A stretch of 34,624 bases of DNA from Pseudomonadota bacterium. GTDB lineage: Bacteria; Pseudomonadota; Gammaproteobacteria; Ga0077536. Both the position numbers and the translations under genes were made by a program. The stretch spans positions 1 to 34,624 of the forward strand of contig JANOXY010000151.1 of the NCBI GenBank assembly GCA_031418675.1, read 5' to 3'. The stretch's first letter is position 1. Each line of letters begins with the position of its first letter. The notes beneath the pieces were generated by a model. That model was not told the DNA's origin, did not search any database, and saw only the letters and a list, made by a program, of their open reading frames with translations. Shown piece by piece: positions 24,528 through 34,203 of this stretch.

Positions 24528-27419
24528 ATGTCCAAACCTGATTTTGACCTGATCTCGACCACCGCTATCGAATCACTGGGTTTAGAGCTACGCCAGTATC
24601 AGCACGCTGCCAGCGGCGCTCGCCATCTGCACTTTGCGTGTGCCGATGCCAATAACGCTTTCATGGTGGTACTGCCAACCTTGCCGCAGGATTCCAGCGG
24701 CGTGGCCCATATCCTCGAACACACCACGTTATGTGGCAGCCAGCGGTACCCGGTGCGCGATCCGTTTTTCATGATGCTGCGTCGTTCGCTGAACACCTTC
24801 ATGAACGCCTTCACCAGCAGCGACAGCACGGCCTACCCGTTCGCCACACAGAATCGCAAAGACTTCGACAATCTGCTCAAGGTCTATCTCGATGCGGTGT
24901 TTTTCCCGAATCTTCATCCGCTCGATTTTGCCCAGGAAGGCTGGCGCGTCGAACTTGCTGAAGACAACACCGCACCGACGCCGCGCCTGGAATACCACGG
25001 CGTGGTCTACAACGAAATGAAGGGCGCGATGAGCGCCCCCATTTCGCAGCTCTACCATCATCTGCACGCAGCCTTGTTTCCCGACACCGTTTATCGCCAC
25101 AACAGCGGTGGTGAACCGCTCGCCATTCCCAGCCTCACCCACGCCGCGCTGCGTGCTTTTCACAGCCGCCACTATCATCCAGGCAACGCGGTTTTTATGA
25201 CCTATGGGAGCTTCCCTGAAGCTGAACATCAGCGCCATATCGCCGATTTGGTGCTGCGCCAGTTCGAGCGACCGGCTGAACTTGTGATGAGTCCCTTGCA
25301 GGCCCCATTTCCTGCCGCGCGTGACATTGAAACCAGCTATGGCGCTGAAGACGAGGTGGAGCAGGCGACGCATATCGTATGGGCGTGGTTGCTGGGCGAA
25401 GCGGCCGAACCCGACGATGTCGTGCAGGCCCACCTGTTGTCGTCGATCCTGCTTGAGCACAGTGCGTCGCCGCTACGCCAGTATCTCGAAACCACCGAGC
25501 TCGCCAACGCACCATCGGAATTGTGCGGGGTAGACGACTCGGCCCGGCAGTTGGTGTTTGTGTGTGGTGTTGAAGGCAGCGAACGGGACCATGCCGCGGC
25601 CCTGGAACAAGGCCTGCTCGATGTGATCGCCGCCGTGGCGCGCGACGGCGTCGACGTGGCCACCCTCGACGCCGTGCTTGACCGTATCGAGATGGCGCAG
25701 CGCGATATCGGTGGTGGCAGTTATCCCTTTGGCCTGCAACTCATGGGTCGCGTGATGGCTGCTGCGATGTACCGCCGCGATCCGGCCCGTCTGCTGGAGC
25801 TCGAGCGGGTGCTGGAAGGTCTGCGTCGCGAAATTCGCGAGCCGGGTTTTGTCGCGCGTCTGTTGCGACGCTGTTTACTCGACAACCCCCATCGTGTGCG
25901 TGTGCTTATGGTGCCGGATACGCACAAGGCCGAACGAGATGAGGCCCTGGAGCAAGATCGTCTGGCACAGCTGGCGCGCGGTCTGACAGCCGCTGATCGG
26001 GAACAACTCATCGCCCAAAGCGTGGCCTTGCGTGAACGCCAAGCGCGTATTGACGACCCCGATATTCTGCCCTGTGTGACACTTGCCGATGTGCCGGCAC
26101 CGAGTCCCGCGCCGCGCGCGCGCATCGAACGCCTGAACGGTGTGGATGTGCATAACTACGATTGTGCCGCCAATGGCATTTTCCGCATGCAGCTGGTCTA
26201 TGACTTGCCGCACCTGAGTGCTGCCGAGTTACGCGTGCTGCCCTTGATGACCGAATACCTGACGGAACTGGGTCAGGGCAGCGAAGACTATCTTGCCGTG
26301 CAATCACGCCGTGCACTGTCCGGTAGCTTCGGTACCAATACCATGGCCCGCGCGCCGATCGCCGGCGGCGATTTGCACGGCTGGTTTGTGATCACGGGCA
26401 AGGGCCTGGCACGTAAGCGCGATGCCGTGATCAACATCGTCAACGAAATGCTCGACGGCGTGCGATTTGACGAAACCGAACGTTTGCGCGAGCTGCTCAT
26501 GCAGTCGCGCGCTGAAGCGGAACAATCCTTGACGGAGCGCGGCCATCAGCTTGCGGTGATCAGCGCTGCGAGCAGTTATTCCACGGCTGCCGCGCTGGAC
26601 GATCTCTGGGATGGTCCCCGTGCGCACCGCATTTTGAAGGACCTTGCTGGCGCTGATGACAGCGCTGCGCTCAACGAGTTGTTCGGATTATTCGAGGCCA
26701 TCCGCAGCAAGTTACGTCACGCGCCGCGACGGGTGGCTCTATTCGGCGACGCTGCGGTACTCGAAGGCGCGCCCGCACGCGCCGCCGAGGTCGGCGCGCC
26801 GCTCATGCCGGTGTGCGCACCGTTTGTCGCTGATATTGAGGGGCACGCGTCAAACAACGCTTGGCTGATCAATTCGCAGGTCAATTTTGTCGCCAAGGCC
26901 TATGGCGCGGTGCCGGAAGATCATGCCGACGCACCTCTGCTGGCGGTACTGGGTCGTTATCTGCAGGACGGATTTCTGCACGGTGAGATCCGCGAGAAGG
27001 GTGGTGCCTATGGTTCGGGTGCCAACTACGACGCCGATAGTGCGACCTTCCGCTTTATGTCCTATCGCGATCCGCGCGCGCTGTCCACTTTGCAGGATTT
27101 TGATCGGGCTTTAACGTGGTTTGCCGCAGACGACGACAAACAACGGCTGGAAGAGGCCATTCTCGGCACCATTCGTGCCCTCGATCAGCCGCGCTCACCA
27201 GCGGGTGAGGCCGAACGGGCATTCACCAATGCGCTCTATGGCCGTGACGATGCTTTTCGCCAGCGCTTTCGCGCGCGCGTACTGGCCGCTGATCATCCAT
27301 CTCTGCGCGCGGTGGCCGCACGTTATCTCGATCCGGCGCGCGGACAGCTCGGTGTAGTTTGCAGCAGCACAGCCGTGGCCGATTTTGAGGGTGCCGAGCT
27401 TAATTTCGCCAAGTTGTGA
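24528..27419 (+). CDS. M16C zinc metallopeptidase (presequence protease PreP/insulinase family)
   Basis: Inverted zinc motif HILEH in GVAHILEHTTLCGSQRYPVRDPFF, FMNAFT, GVVYNEMKG, IREKGGAYG, SYRDP. Confidence 0.94.
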   Translation: MSKPDFDLISTTAIESLGLELRQYQHAASGARHLHFACADANNAFMVVLPTLPQDSSGVAHILEHTTLCGSQRYPVRDPFFMMLRRSLNTFMNAFTSSDSTAYPFATQNRKDFDNLLKVYLDAVFFPNLHPLDFAQEGWRVELAEDNTAPTPRLEYHGVVYNEMKGAMSAPISQLYHHLHAALFPDTVYRHNSGGEPLAIPSLTHAALRAFHSRHYHPGNAVFMTYGSFPEAEHQRHIADLVLRQFERPAELVMSPLQAPFPAARDIETSYGAEDEVEQATHIVWAWLLGEAAEPDDVVQAHLLSSILLEHSASPLRQYLETTELANAPSELCGVDDSARQLVFVCGVEGSERDHAAALEQGLLDVIAAVARDGVDVATLDAVLDRIEMAQRDIGGGSYPFGLQLMGRVMAAAMYRRDPARLLELERVLEGLRREIREPGFVARLLRRCLLDNPHRVRVLMVPDTHKAERDEALEQDRLAQLARGLTAADREQLIAQSVALRERQARIDDPDILPCVTLADVPAPSPAPRARIERLNGVDVHNYDCAANGIFRMQLVYDLPHLSAAELRVLPLMTEYLTELGQGSEDYLAVQSRRALSGSFGTNTMARAPIAGGDLHGWFVITGKGLARKRDAVINIVNEMLDGVRFDETERLRELLMQSRAEAEQSLTERGHQLAVISAASSYSTAAALDDLWDGPRAHRILKDLAGADDSAALNELFGLFEAIRSKLRHAPRRVALFGDAAVLEGAPARAAEVGAPLMPVCAPFVADIEGHASNNAWLINSQVNFVAKAYGAVPEDHADAPLLAVLGRYLQDGFLHGEIREKGGAYGSGANYDADSATFRFMSYRDPRALSTLQDFDRALTWFAADDDKQRLEEAILGTIRALDQPRSPAGEAERAFTNALYGRDDAFRQRFRARVLAADHPSLRAVAARYLDPARGQLGVVCSSTAVADFEGAELNFAKL

Positions 27420-27457
27420 TCCTGGCGAGTGCGGTTGGCGGCACCGGGAGGGCGGGG

Positions 27458-27892
27458 ATGAACATTGAGTTCGAGCAGGGCGAGGCGGGTTTTCACGAGG
27501 CGCGTGTGTTACTCGCCATCGCGCGAGAAGCGGCGTTTGATGAGCTCAACGACGAACACCAGGCGGCGCTGCTCGATGCGCTGAAGACGGTCTGCGAAGT
27601 GCACCTGGCAAGGATAGAGTTCGCCGCCTTGCGCACCGAGTTTGCGGTTGACGCCAGCGTGCGTGGTGCCGCAGCGGAAGAAGACGCCTGGTGGGAGCGC
27701 CTGTTTGGCCCTTCGCGTCGTGAACAACGCCTGGCCGAACAGCGCGGCGCCGCCCTGGAGCGTGCTAGCCGTGCTGAACTGTCGTCCTTCGAAGCGTTGG
27801 CCGAAACCACGCGCGTGGCGCGCGAACGTGATGCCGCGCGCGCGCGGATCGCCGAACTCGAGATCGAACTGCACAAGCTGCGCCAGCGTTAA
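27458..27892 (+). CDS. hypothetical helical/coiled-coil protein
   Basis: GGGAGG upstream of ATG 27458. Contains WWERLFG and a coiled-coil C-terminus; its stop overlaps the next ATG (TAATG). Confidence 0.65.
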   Translation: MNIEFEQGEAGFHEARVLLAIAREAAFDELNDEHQAALLDALKTVCEVHLARIEFAALRTEFAVDASVRGAAAEEDAWWERLFGPSRREQRLAEQRGAALERASRAELSSFEALAETTRVARERDAARARIAELEIELHKLRQR

Positions 27893-28197
27893 TGGATCAA
27901 GCTCGCGCGCTGGTGAGGATGGTGTTGCTTGCCATCGCGCTTGCAACGCCCGCCACCGCGCGCGCGGAGTTCTACACCTGGCACGACGCGCGCGGTCAGC
28001 CGCGGGTCAGCAATATCCCACCCCGTGGCGTGCGGGCCGACGGCAGCATCGATGCGCGCTTCAATCCGCTCTCGATCACTGCGCAGCAAGCAGCCTTGCG
28101 CGATCGTCTCAAAGCCCGCGACCGGCAACTTGCGACCGAGCGCGCAGCGCTTCAATCCCGCGATGCAGCGGACGCCGAATCCACCCGTTCAAAATAG
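27892..28197 (+). CDS. DUF4124 domain secreted protein
   Basis: Signal peptide ...LLAIALATPATARA followed by EFYTWHDARGQPRVSNIPP, the DUF4124 pattern YxWxDxxGxxxxSxxPP. Confidence 0.8.
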   Translation: MDQARALVRMVLLAIALATPATARAEFYTWHDARGQPRVSNIPPRGVRADGSIDARFNPLSITAQQAALRDRLKARDRQLATERAALQSRDAADAESTRSK

Positions 28198-29609
28198 CGC
28201 TCGAACAAACGTGCATCGTCGAAGTGCCGGCGTCCGACAAAGGCGGTCGGCTGGTGACCCCACTGCCGCATGCTGCCGGGTGCCACGATGCCCATGGGCC
28301 ACAAAAACCAGCGCTCGCCGCGCGCGCTGCCAGGCACCAGGCCGTGGGCATCAAACAAACTGACGCGCTGCGCGCCAAGCGGCAGTGCGCGCAGTTGGCG
28401 GTAGGCTTGCAAGGTGTAGGACTGATGCGGGGCTGTTGCAGTGGCGGGCGCAATCGCCGTCAGGTAGTGGCTGCCGCTTGCCAGCGCCAGCTGGAGTCGA
28501 CCCTGCCAGTGGGTCGGGATGCTAAACGGTACCCACGGCGGTTCTTGCAGCCCATTGGTCGCTGGTCGTGTGCGCAGTCGTGGGCCGGGAAAGAGCATGT
28601 GATAACACCCGCAGTTGTGCACCAGGTCATAGGCCAGCGGCTGGCCGTCGGTGTCGAGCGTGACGCGCCAACTCAGGCCATCCAGGGGCCCGGCCAGGGG
28701 ATCAACGGGTCCGCGTGCCGTGCGCGCCGCAAACCACCAGGTGTAAACCAGCTGGGGTAATACCTGGCCGTCAAAGCGGGTGTAGGCAAGCTGGGTATAG
28801 AGCACCGCCTGGCTGCTGTCGACGAAGGGTGCACGGTTGTGCGTGACCCGGCCGAGGTAGTCGTCGGCGCTGCGGATATCGACGGCTATTTCTGGCGCGT
28901 GACGGCGCAGCAGCGTGGCAACCTCGAGCTCGCTGAACAGCGGCAAACCAAGTGCGTCGCGACGCCACGGCGCGGCTGCGGGTAACGAGGTTTCGTTGTT
29001 TGTGTCGCTGGCCAGGCTATAACGTTTGGTAGCCGGGCCAGTAACTGCGGGGTGGTCGCGCAGGCGCGGCATCTCACGCGCCTGCAAGCCCGCCACACCG
29101 GCGAGCACGACGCGGGCACTGATGGGATAAACACCCAGCACGCGCCGCGTGGTGCGATAGTCATCGGCGACCTGAGCACCACCGAGCATGGCGCGCCACG
29201 CGTTGTCATCGTCATGTAATGCCGCGCCGAGCATGGCGCGACAGGTTTGCAGCTGTTCGATCACGCTGCCGTCTGGCGCAGGCGACAGCCGCGCCAGCTC
29301 AAGCCCACGGCCCTCGGCGTCCAGGGCCATGGCCCGTGCCAGCCAGGCCTGCCGCTGGGCGTTGTTGTGGGCTTCCGCAGCCAGCGAAACGAGCAAACGA
29401 TCAACGCGCAGAAAGGTATAACCGGTCACCCGCGCGGCCTGGGCATCGTGACTATCCGCGTTGCGCAGCAAGGCGTCGTTCTCGACAAAAAGCTGCTGAC
29501 AACGCGCCACTTCCGGTTTGCTGGTGGCATCAGGCTGCGGTGTCGTGGTGCAGGCACTCACCATCGCGAGCAGCATCAGCACGACCAGCGGTGGCGGTCG
29601 GTACGTCAT
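28152..29609 (-). CDS. conserved hypothetical lipoprotein
   Basis: Start MTYRPPPLVVLMLLAMVSA-C (lipobox). Conserved-looking motifs LPQLVYTWWF, DGLSWRVTLD, HNCGCYH, MRQWGHQPTAFVGRRHFDD. Overlaps the DUF4124 gene 3' end by 46 bp. Confidence 0.75.
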   Translation of the reverse strand: MTYRPPPLVVLMLLAMVSACTTTPQPDATSKPEVARCQQLFVENDALLRNADSHDAQAARVTGYTFLRVDRLLVSLAAEAHNNAQRQAWLARAMALDAEGRGLELARLSPAPDGSVIEQLQTCRAMLGAALHDDDNAWRAMLGGAQVADDYRTTRRVLGVYPISARVVLAGVAGLQAREMPRLRDHPAVTGPATKRYSLASDTNNETSLPAAAPWRRDALGLPLFSELEVATLLRRHAPEIAVDIRSADDYLGRVTHNRAPFVDSSQAVLYTQLAYTRFDGQVLPQLVYTWWFAARTARGPVDPLAGPLDGLSWRVTLDTDGQPLAYDLVHNCGCYHMLFPGPRLRTRPATNGLQEPPWVPFSIPTHWQGRLQLALASGSHYLTAIAPATATAPHQSYTLQAYRQLRALPLGAQRVSLFDAHGLVPGSARGERWFLWPMGIVAPGSMRQWGHQPTAFVGRRHFDDARLFERYFERVDSASAASRD

Positions 29610-29707
29610 GACAGGTCGGCTATCGCGGTATGCTGAAGCACGACCAGTTCCTTGCCCATCAAGCGCGCACGGGCTGCGTCGAAGTGAATGGAAGGGATGA
29701 TGACAAG

Positions 29708-30766
29708 GTGACACTCGCAAGTGATGAATCCTGGCGGCGCGATGCGCAGGCCGTACTCAAAGCCTATGCCCTGGATGTGGTGAACATAACGCCCATCACC
29801 CAGGGCCTGGTCAATCTTACGCTCAAGCTCACAAGCCGGCATGGCGAACGATTTGCGTTGCAACGCCTGCATCCGATCTTCGGTCCCGGCGTTAATCACA
29901 ATCTCGAGCGAGTCACCGCCCATCTCGCCGCACGTGGCATGTTGACGCCGCGTCTTGTGCGCACCCGCGACGGTGCACTCGCCGTCGAACACGACGGCGC
30001 GCGTTGGCGCATGTTGAGCTGGATCGAGGGGCGGGCTTTCGATTTTCTCGCGCAGCCGGCGCAAGCGGCCCAAGCGGGCGCACTGCTGGCGCGCTTCCAT
30101 GGCCTGCTCGCCGATTTTGCCGAGACCTTGATCATCGAGCGCGCGCCCATTCACGAATTTGCCCGGCACCGCGCGCGCCTCGCGGCGGCGCAGCAGGAGG
30201 CGCCTGTTCATCGGCTGCGTGACGACGTCGCCCGCGCCGTGGACCAACTCGATGCCATGCGCGCGGCCTACGCCGCGCCACGTGGCACACCGGCGCGTCT
30301 GGTGCACGGCGATCCAAAAATTTCGAATGTCCTGTTCGATGAGGCGGGCAGTCAGGCTTTGTGCCTGGTTGATCTCGATACCCTGGCACACATGGCGCTG
30401 CCCTTGGAATTGGGTGACGCGCTACGCTCCTGGTGCAATCCGCGCCGCGAAGACGATCAGGCAGCGCGCTTTGAAATGGCACTTTTCGCCGCCGCAGTGG
30501 ATGGCTATGGCGCTGCAGCGCGCAACTTCATCACTGCCGACGAAGTCGCCGCGCTCGTACCCGCAACGTTCGAGATATATCTTGAACTGGCGGCGCGCTT
30601 TCTGGTCGACGCCCTCGAAGAATGTTATTTCGGCTGGGACGCAGCGCGTTATGACAGCCGTGGTGCGCACAACCTGGCCCGCGCCCGCGGTCAACTCAGC
30701 GCCGCGACCAGTTTGTTGGCGCAGCGCGCGACTGCCGAAGACGCCGTGCTCAACGCGTTCGGTTAA
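29708..30766 (+). CDS. aminoglycoside phosphotransferase (APH)/NahK-like small-molecule kinase
   Basis: GLVNLT, FALQRL, Brenner motif HGDPKISNVLF, CLVDLDT, ELGDALRS. Start uncertain (GTG 29708 chosen). Confidence 0.85.
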   Translation: MTLASDESWRRDAQAVLKAYALDVVNITPITQGLVNLTLKLTSRHGERFALQRLHPIFGPGVNHNLERVTAHLAARGMLTPRLVRTRDGALAVEHDGARWRMLSWIEGRAFDFLAQPAQAAQAGALLARFHGLLADFAETLIIERAPIHEFARHRARLAAAQQEAPVHRLRDDVARAVDQLDAMRAAYAAPRGTPARLVHGDPKISNVLFDEAGSQALCLVDLDTLAHMALPLELGDALRSWCNPRREDDQAARFEMALFAAAVDGYGAAARNFITADEVAALVPATFEIYLELAARFLVDALEECYFGWDAARYDSRGAHNLARARGQLSAATSLLAQRATAEDAVLNAFG

Positions 30767-30776
30767 CGCACCACGC

Positions 30777-30785
30777 TGCTAGACT
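30777..30785 (+). promoter_or_regulatory. extended -10 element
   Basis: TGC-TAGACT, 28 bp before ATG 30814. Confidence 0.35.
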
Positions 30786-30813
30786 CAATTGCCGACCGCG
30801 AGCAGCAAAGCGC

Positions 30814-31212
30814 ATGGGTAATTCAAGTCAACGGCGCCACACACCATGGCTCATGATCTTCGCCCTGCTGGGCGGTTGTGCCAGTGTTGATGTGCACTAT
30901 CCCGATGGGCGCCGCGCGCGCATGAGCAAAGCAGAATTCAAGGCCTATGCCGAACGCGTATTCCGCTATCAGAACCACGTTGTCGATCGTTTGATCAGTG
31001 CCGATGAACAAGGCGAGCCAGAGGCCCGACTGTTGCACGCCGAAGAAACCATGGAAGAAGCCTGCCGGCCGTTGATAGCCTTGGTCAGTGCCAAGGCGGA
31101 ACGTCGCGCCATGCAGATATCGGACAAACTCGAAATGCCCCGTGCGACGCCGGCCTGTGAACAGGCCGTGAGGGCGGTCGATGCGCTGTTGCCGGCGGCA
31201 GCGGACCGTTGA
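30814..31212 (+). CDS. hypothetical lipoprotein
   Basis: Hydrophobic stretch WLMIFALLGG-C (lipobox LGGC) and two further Cys (possible disulfide). Confidence 0.7.
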   Translation: MGNSSQRRHTPWLMIFALLGGCASVDVHYPDGRRARMSKAEFKAYAERVFRYQNHVVDRLISADEQGEPEARLLHAEETMEEACRPLIALVSAKAERRAMQISDKLEMPRATPACEQAVRAVDALLPAAADR

Positions 31213-31284
31213 TAACACGCCCCACCCTGTTTGCGGCGCGGTGTCGCTATACTCGCGCTTTAACTCGTCTGCACCGAGGGAGCC

Positions 31285-31647
31285 ATGAGCAATACCGCCC
31301 TGCCGGCTGATCGTCAGCTGCTCGCTTACGCGCGTTTCATCGACGAACTGAAAGCGCAACTGCGTGGCTTGGTCACGGAAGATTTGATCGAAGAGCATCG
31401 GCGCCGACCGCTCGGTCAGCACAGTGACGCGTTGATGCGCTTGCTCAATCTGTTCCGTCGCACACCGGTCTACGCGCTCTACTCGCGCACACCCTGTCGC
31501 GAATACCAGGTCATCCGCCTGCCGGTGCTGGAAGGTACCGATCCGCAGCCGCTCGACGACATCATCTACACCGATCAGAACGAGGCTTTGCACGCGGTGT
31601 TCCTGCGCAACCTCGACGATCTCATGCGCAGCGCGGGAGCGAAATAA
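31285..31647 (+). CDS. dmfA1: N,N-dimethylformamidase small (alpha) subunit-like protein
   Basis: LIEEHRRRPLGQHSDALMRLLNLFRR and EALHAVFLR motifs. RBS GAGGGGAG. Translationally coupled (TAATG) to the large subunit. Confidence 0.8.
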   Translation: MSNTALPADRQLLAYARFIDELKAQLRGLVTEDLIEEHRRRPLGQHSDALMRLLNLFRRTPVYALYSRTPCREYQVIRLPVLEGTDPQPLDDIIYTDQNEALHAVFLRNLDDLMRSAGAK

Positions 31648-33914
31648 TGGCCAAACCCTATATCACCGGCTATTGCGACAGCCTGAGCGTGCGTCCGGGT
31701 GAGACGCTGCAATTCATGATCAGCGCCGAAGGGGTGAGCAGTGCCGAGGTGCAGCTGGTGCGCGTGCTGCACGGCGACGTGGCGCCGGGCGGTCCGGGCT
31801 TTGTTGAACACGAACTGGCGGCCAGCATGAACGGCGTGCTCGCGCTGCAGACGCAATTTACCCAGGTCGGCAATTTTGTGCAGGTGGCGGACCGCGATGG
31901 GCGACTGCTGCCTGAGGGAAGTTTTACGGTCCATGCTTTTGCGTGGCCGACCACGCCCGGCAAGGGCCGTCAGGGCCTGGTCGCACAGTTTGATGCTGCG
32001 GGTCAGCGCGGCTATGGCCTCGGTATTAACGACGCGGGTTGTCTGTCGTTCTGGGCAGGTGATGGCCAGGCGGTGCACGAAGTCGCGGGCGCACGGCCGC
32101 TGGCGCCACGCCTGTGGTACTTCGTGGCAGCGTCTTACGACGCCGAGCGTGGCACCGTCGAGCTTTATCAGGAAGCGGTGGTGAACGCCTACAACAGCCA
32201 CTTGAGCCCGCTATTGGAACTGGACGACGGTACACGGGTAGCGGGGGTGTTGGCCTTGACGCCGCAAGCGGCGCAGACGGATCTGCTCTTGGGCGGTTAC
32301 TACGACGAAAAGCCTGGCCATGGGCGCTGCGTGACTGGCCTGTTCAACGGCAAAATTGACCGGCCCGGTGTGCAGGCCGGTGCACTCGGGCTCACTGAAC
32401 TGATACGCCTGCGCGAAGGGCACGCGCCGCAGGCCACCGGCACCATCGCGTACTGGGATACGACGGTTGGATATACCGACAATGGCATCGGCGATCGGGT
32501 GGTCGATGTGGGCCCCCATGGCCTGCACGGGCAAGGTTACAACCGCCCGGTGCGGGCCATGACGGGCTATAACTGGCGCGGCAAGGATGACTGCTTCCGC
32601 CTCGCGCCCGAGCAATACGGCGGGATCTATTTTAACGACGACGCGATTATCGACTGCCGCTGGCAACCGAGCTTGCGCTGGACGCTACCTTTGGATCTGA
32701 AAAGCGGCGTTTATGCTGCCCGTCTCACGGCGGGAAATGTCGAAGATCACATCGTGTTTTTTGTGCGACCGACCACCGCCCAGGCCAAAGTCGCCATGCT
32801 GATGCCGACCGCTAGTTATCTTGCTTATGCCAATGAGCGTTTTGTACTGGGAGATCCGGGGCCGGTCGAAGCCATCACCGGCCACGGCCTGATTCTGCAC
32901 GACGACGACTATCTGCTCGGCCAGCATCCTGAGTTTGGCGCGTCAACCTACGACCACCATGCCGACGGCGCCGGCGTTTGCCACGTCTCTTACCGGCGGC
33001 CGATCATGGGCCTGCGTCCACGTCATCGTATGGCAGCCACAGGGGTGCCCTGGCAGTTCGCGGCCGATCTTTCCATCGTCTGGTGGTTGTCCCAGTGTGG
33101 CCACGATTTTGATGTGATTACCGATGAAGACCTCGACCGCGAGGGCGCGGCTCTGCTCGCCCCCTATAAAGTCATCATCAACGGCACCCACTCCGAGTAC
33201 TACTCGGAGCGCATGATGGATGCCACCGACACCTATCTGGCCGGTGGTGGGCGCGTCATGTACCTGGGCGCCAATGGTTATTACTGGGTGGTGGGCTTCC
33301 GCCCGGACGAACCCTGGTGCATGGAAGTGCGCAAGCTCAACTCAGGTTCGCGTGCCTGGCAGGCCGCGCCCGGTGAGTACTACTTGGCGTCGACCGGCGA
33401 AAAGAGCGGGATCTGGCGCGACCGCGGCCGCGCGCCCCAGAAATCCATGGGCGTGGGCTTCACCAGCGAAGGTATGGACGAGAGCAAGCCCTATCGACGC
33501 CTGCCCGATTCCTACGACAGTCGGGTGTCGTGGATATTCGATGGGGTAGGCGAGGAGTTTGGCAGCCAAGGGTTAGCGCTGGGTGGAGCCGCCGGCCTGG
33601 AGCTTGATCGTTATGACTTGATGTGGGGCACCCCGCCCGACACCTTCCTGCTGGCCTGTTCGAGCGGCCATTCGGATAACTATCCCCACGTCGGCGAAGA
33701 AGTGATGTTCAACCTGCCGGGCATGGGCGGCACCCAGGACTTCCAGGTGCGTGCTGACATGACGCTGTTCAAATGCCGCAATGGCGGGGCGGTGTTCTCC
33801 ACCGGCTCGATCGCCTGGGGCCAGGCTTTGCCCTGGAACAATGGGCGTAACGACGTGGCGCGTCTTACACAAAACGTCTTGGATGCCTTCGTAAAGGACG
33901 CTGACGTGGTGTAA
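31647..33914 (+). CDS. dmfA2: N,N-dimethylformamidase large (beta) subunit family protein
   Basis: GYCDSLSVRPGETL, LamG-like insertion, NRPVRAMTGYNW, LKSGVYAARL, PTASYLAYANE, STYDHH, GTHSEY, YLGANGYYW, GLELDR, GAVFSTGSIAW. 755 aa. Confidence 0.9.
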   Translation: MAKPYITGYCDSLSVRPGETLQFMISAEGVSSAEVQLVRVLHGDVAPGGPGFVEHELAASMNGVLALQTQFTQVGNFVQVADRDGRLLPEGSFTVHAFAWPTTPGKGRQGLVAQFDAAGQRGYGLGINDAGCLSFWAGDGQAVHEVAGARPLAPRLWYFVAASYDAERGTVELYQEAVVNAYNSHLSPLLELDDGTRVAGVLALTPQAAQTDLLLGGYYDEKPGHGRCVTGLFNGKIDRPGVQAGALGLTELIRLREGHAPQATGTIAYWDTTVGYTDNGIGDRVVDVGPHGLHGQGYNRPVRAMTGYNWRGKDDCFRLAPEQYGGIYFNDDAIIDCRWQPSLRWTLPLDLKSGVYAARLTAGNVEDHIVFFVRPTTAQAKVAMLMPTASYLAYANERFVLGDPGPVEAITGHGLILHDDDYLLGQHPEFGASTYDHHADGAGVCHVSYRRPIMGLRPRHRMAATGVPWQFAADLSIVWWLSQCGHDFDVITDEDLDREGAALLAPYKVIINGTHSEYYSERMMDATDTYLAGGGRVMYLGANGYYWVVGFRPDEPWCMEVRKLNSGSRAWQAAPGEYYLASTGEKSGIWRDRGRAPQKSMGVGFTSEGMDESKPYRRLPDSYDSRVSWIFDGVGEEFGSQGLALGGAAGLELDRYDLMWGTPPDTFLLACSSGHSDNYPHVGEEVMFNLPGMGGTQDFQVRADMTLFKCRNGGAVFSTGSIAWGQALPWNNGRNDVARLTQNVLDAFVKDADVV

Positions 33915-33924
33915 ATGCCTAGTA

Positions 33925-33962
33925 GTTGTGGCGCAGCTGTGGCTGCCCCACAACGCGTTTTC
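33925..33962 (+). terminator. putative intrinsic terminator after the DMFase operon
   Basis: GTTGTGG-c-GCAGC-tgtg-GCTGC-c-CCACAAC hairpin starting 10 nt after the stop, followed by GCGTTTTC. Confidence 0.5.
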
Positions 33963-34065
33963 CGTGCTGGCCGACCCTGCTTTCGCGTGTTAGTGTTCAG
34001 GCCGCAGGGGAGTCGAAAGATATACAAGAAGAAGTGCCCAAACTCACCTAATTGAGCTTGCCTTT

Positions 34066-34081
34066 TTTGAACTGAATCTCA
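34066..34081. promoter_or_regulatory. possible CRP/FNR-family site
   Basis: TTTGA-actgaa-TCTCA (8/10 to the CRP core), with a weaker AGTGC-N6-TCACC 33 bp upstream (34033-34048). Confidence 0.3.
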
Positions 34082-34203
34082 CCCCGCACCAGTCGGCTTC
34101 GTGCCGCATGCCTGCCCGCGCGGCTAGCGTGGGCGTTTCCGTACTGCCATCGACTTCGGTTCCTCGAAGTCGCCGCGTGGTGCGCCGTAAATGGAGAGCA
34201 AGC

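Noticed and set aside
27642-28760. 372-aa ORF on the + strand
   Set aside because: Overlaps three better-supported genes and is Arg/Ala/Pro-rich with no motifs.
29630-30766. Aminoglycoside resistance gene
   Set aside because: The APH fold is shared with many metabolic kinases. The HGDPKISN/DLDT motifs fit sugar (NahK-like) kinases, and there is no mobile context.
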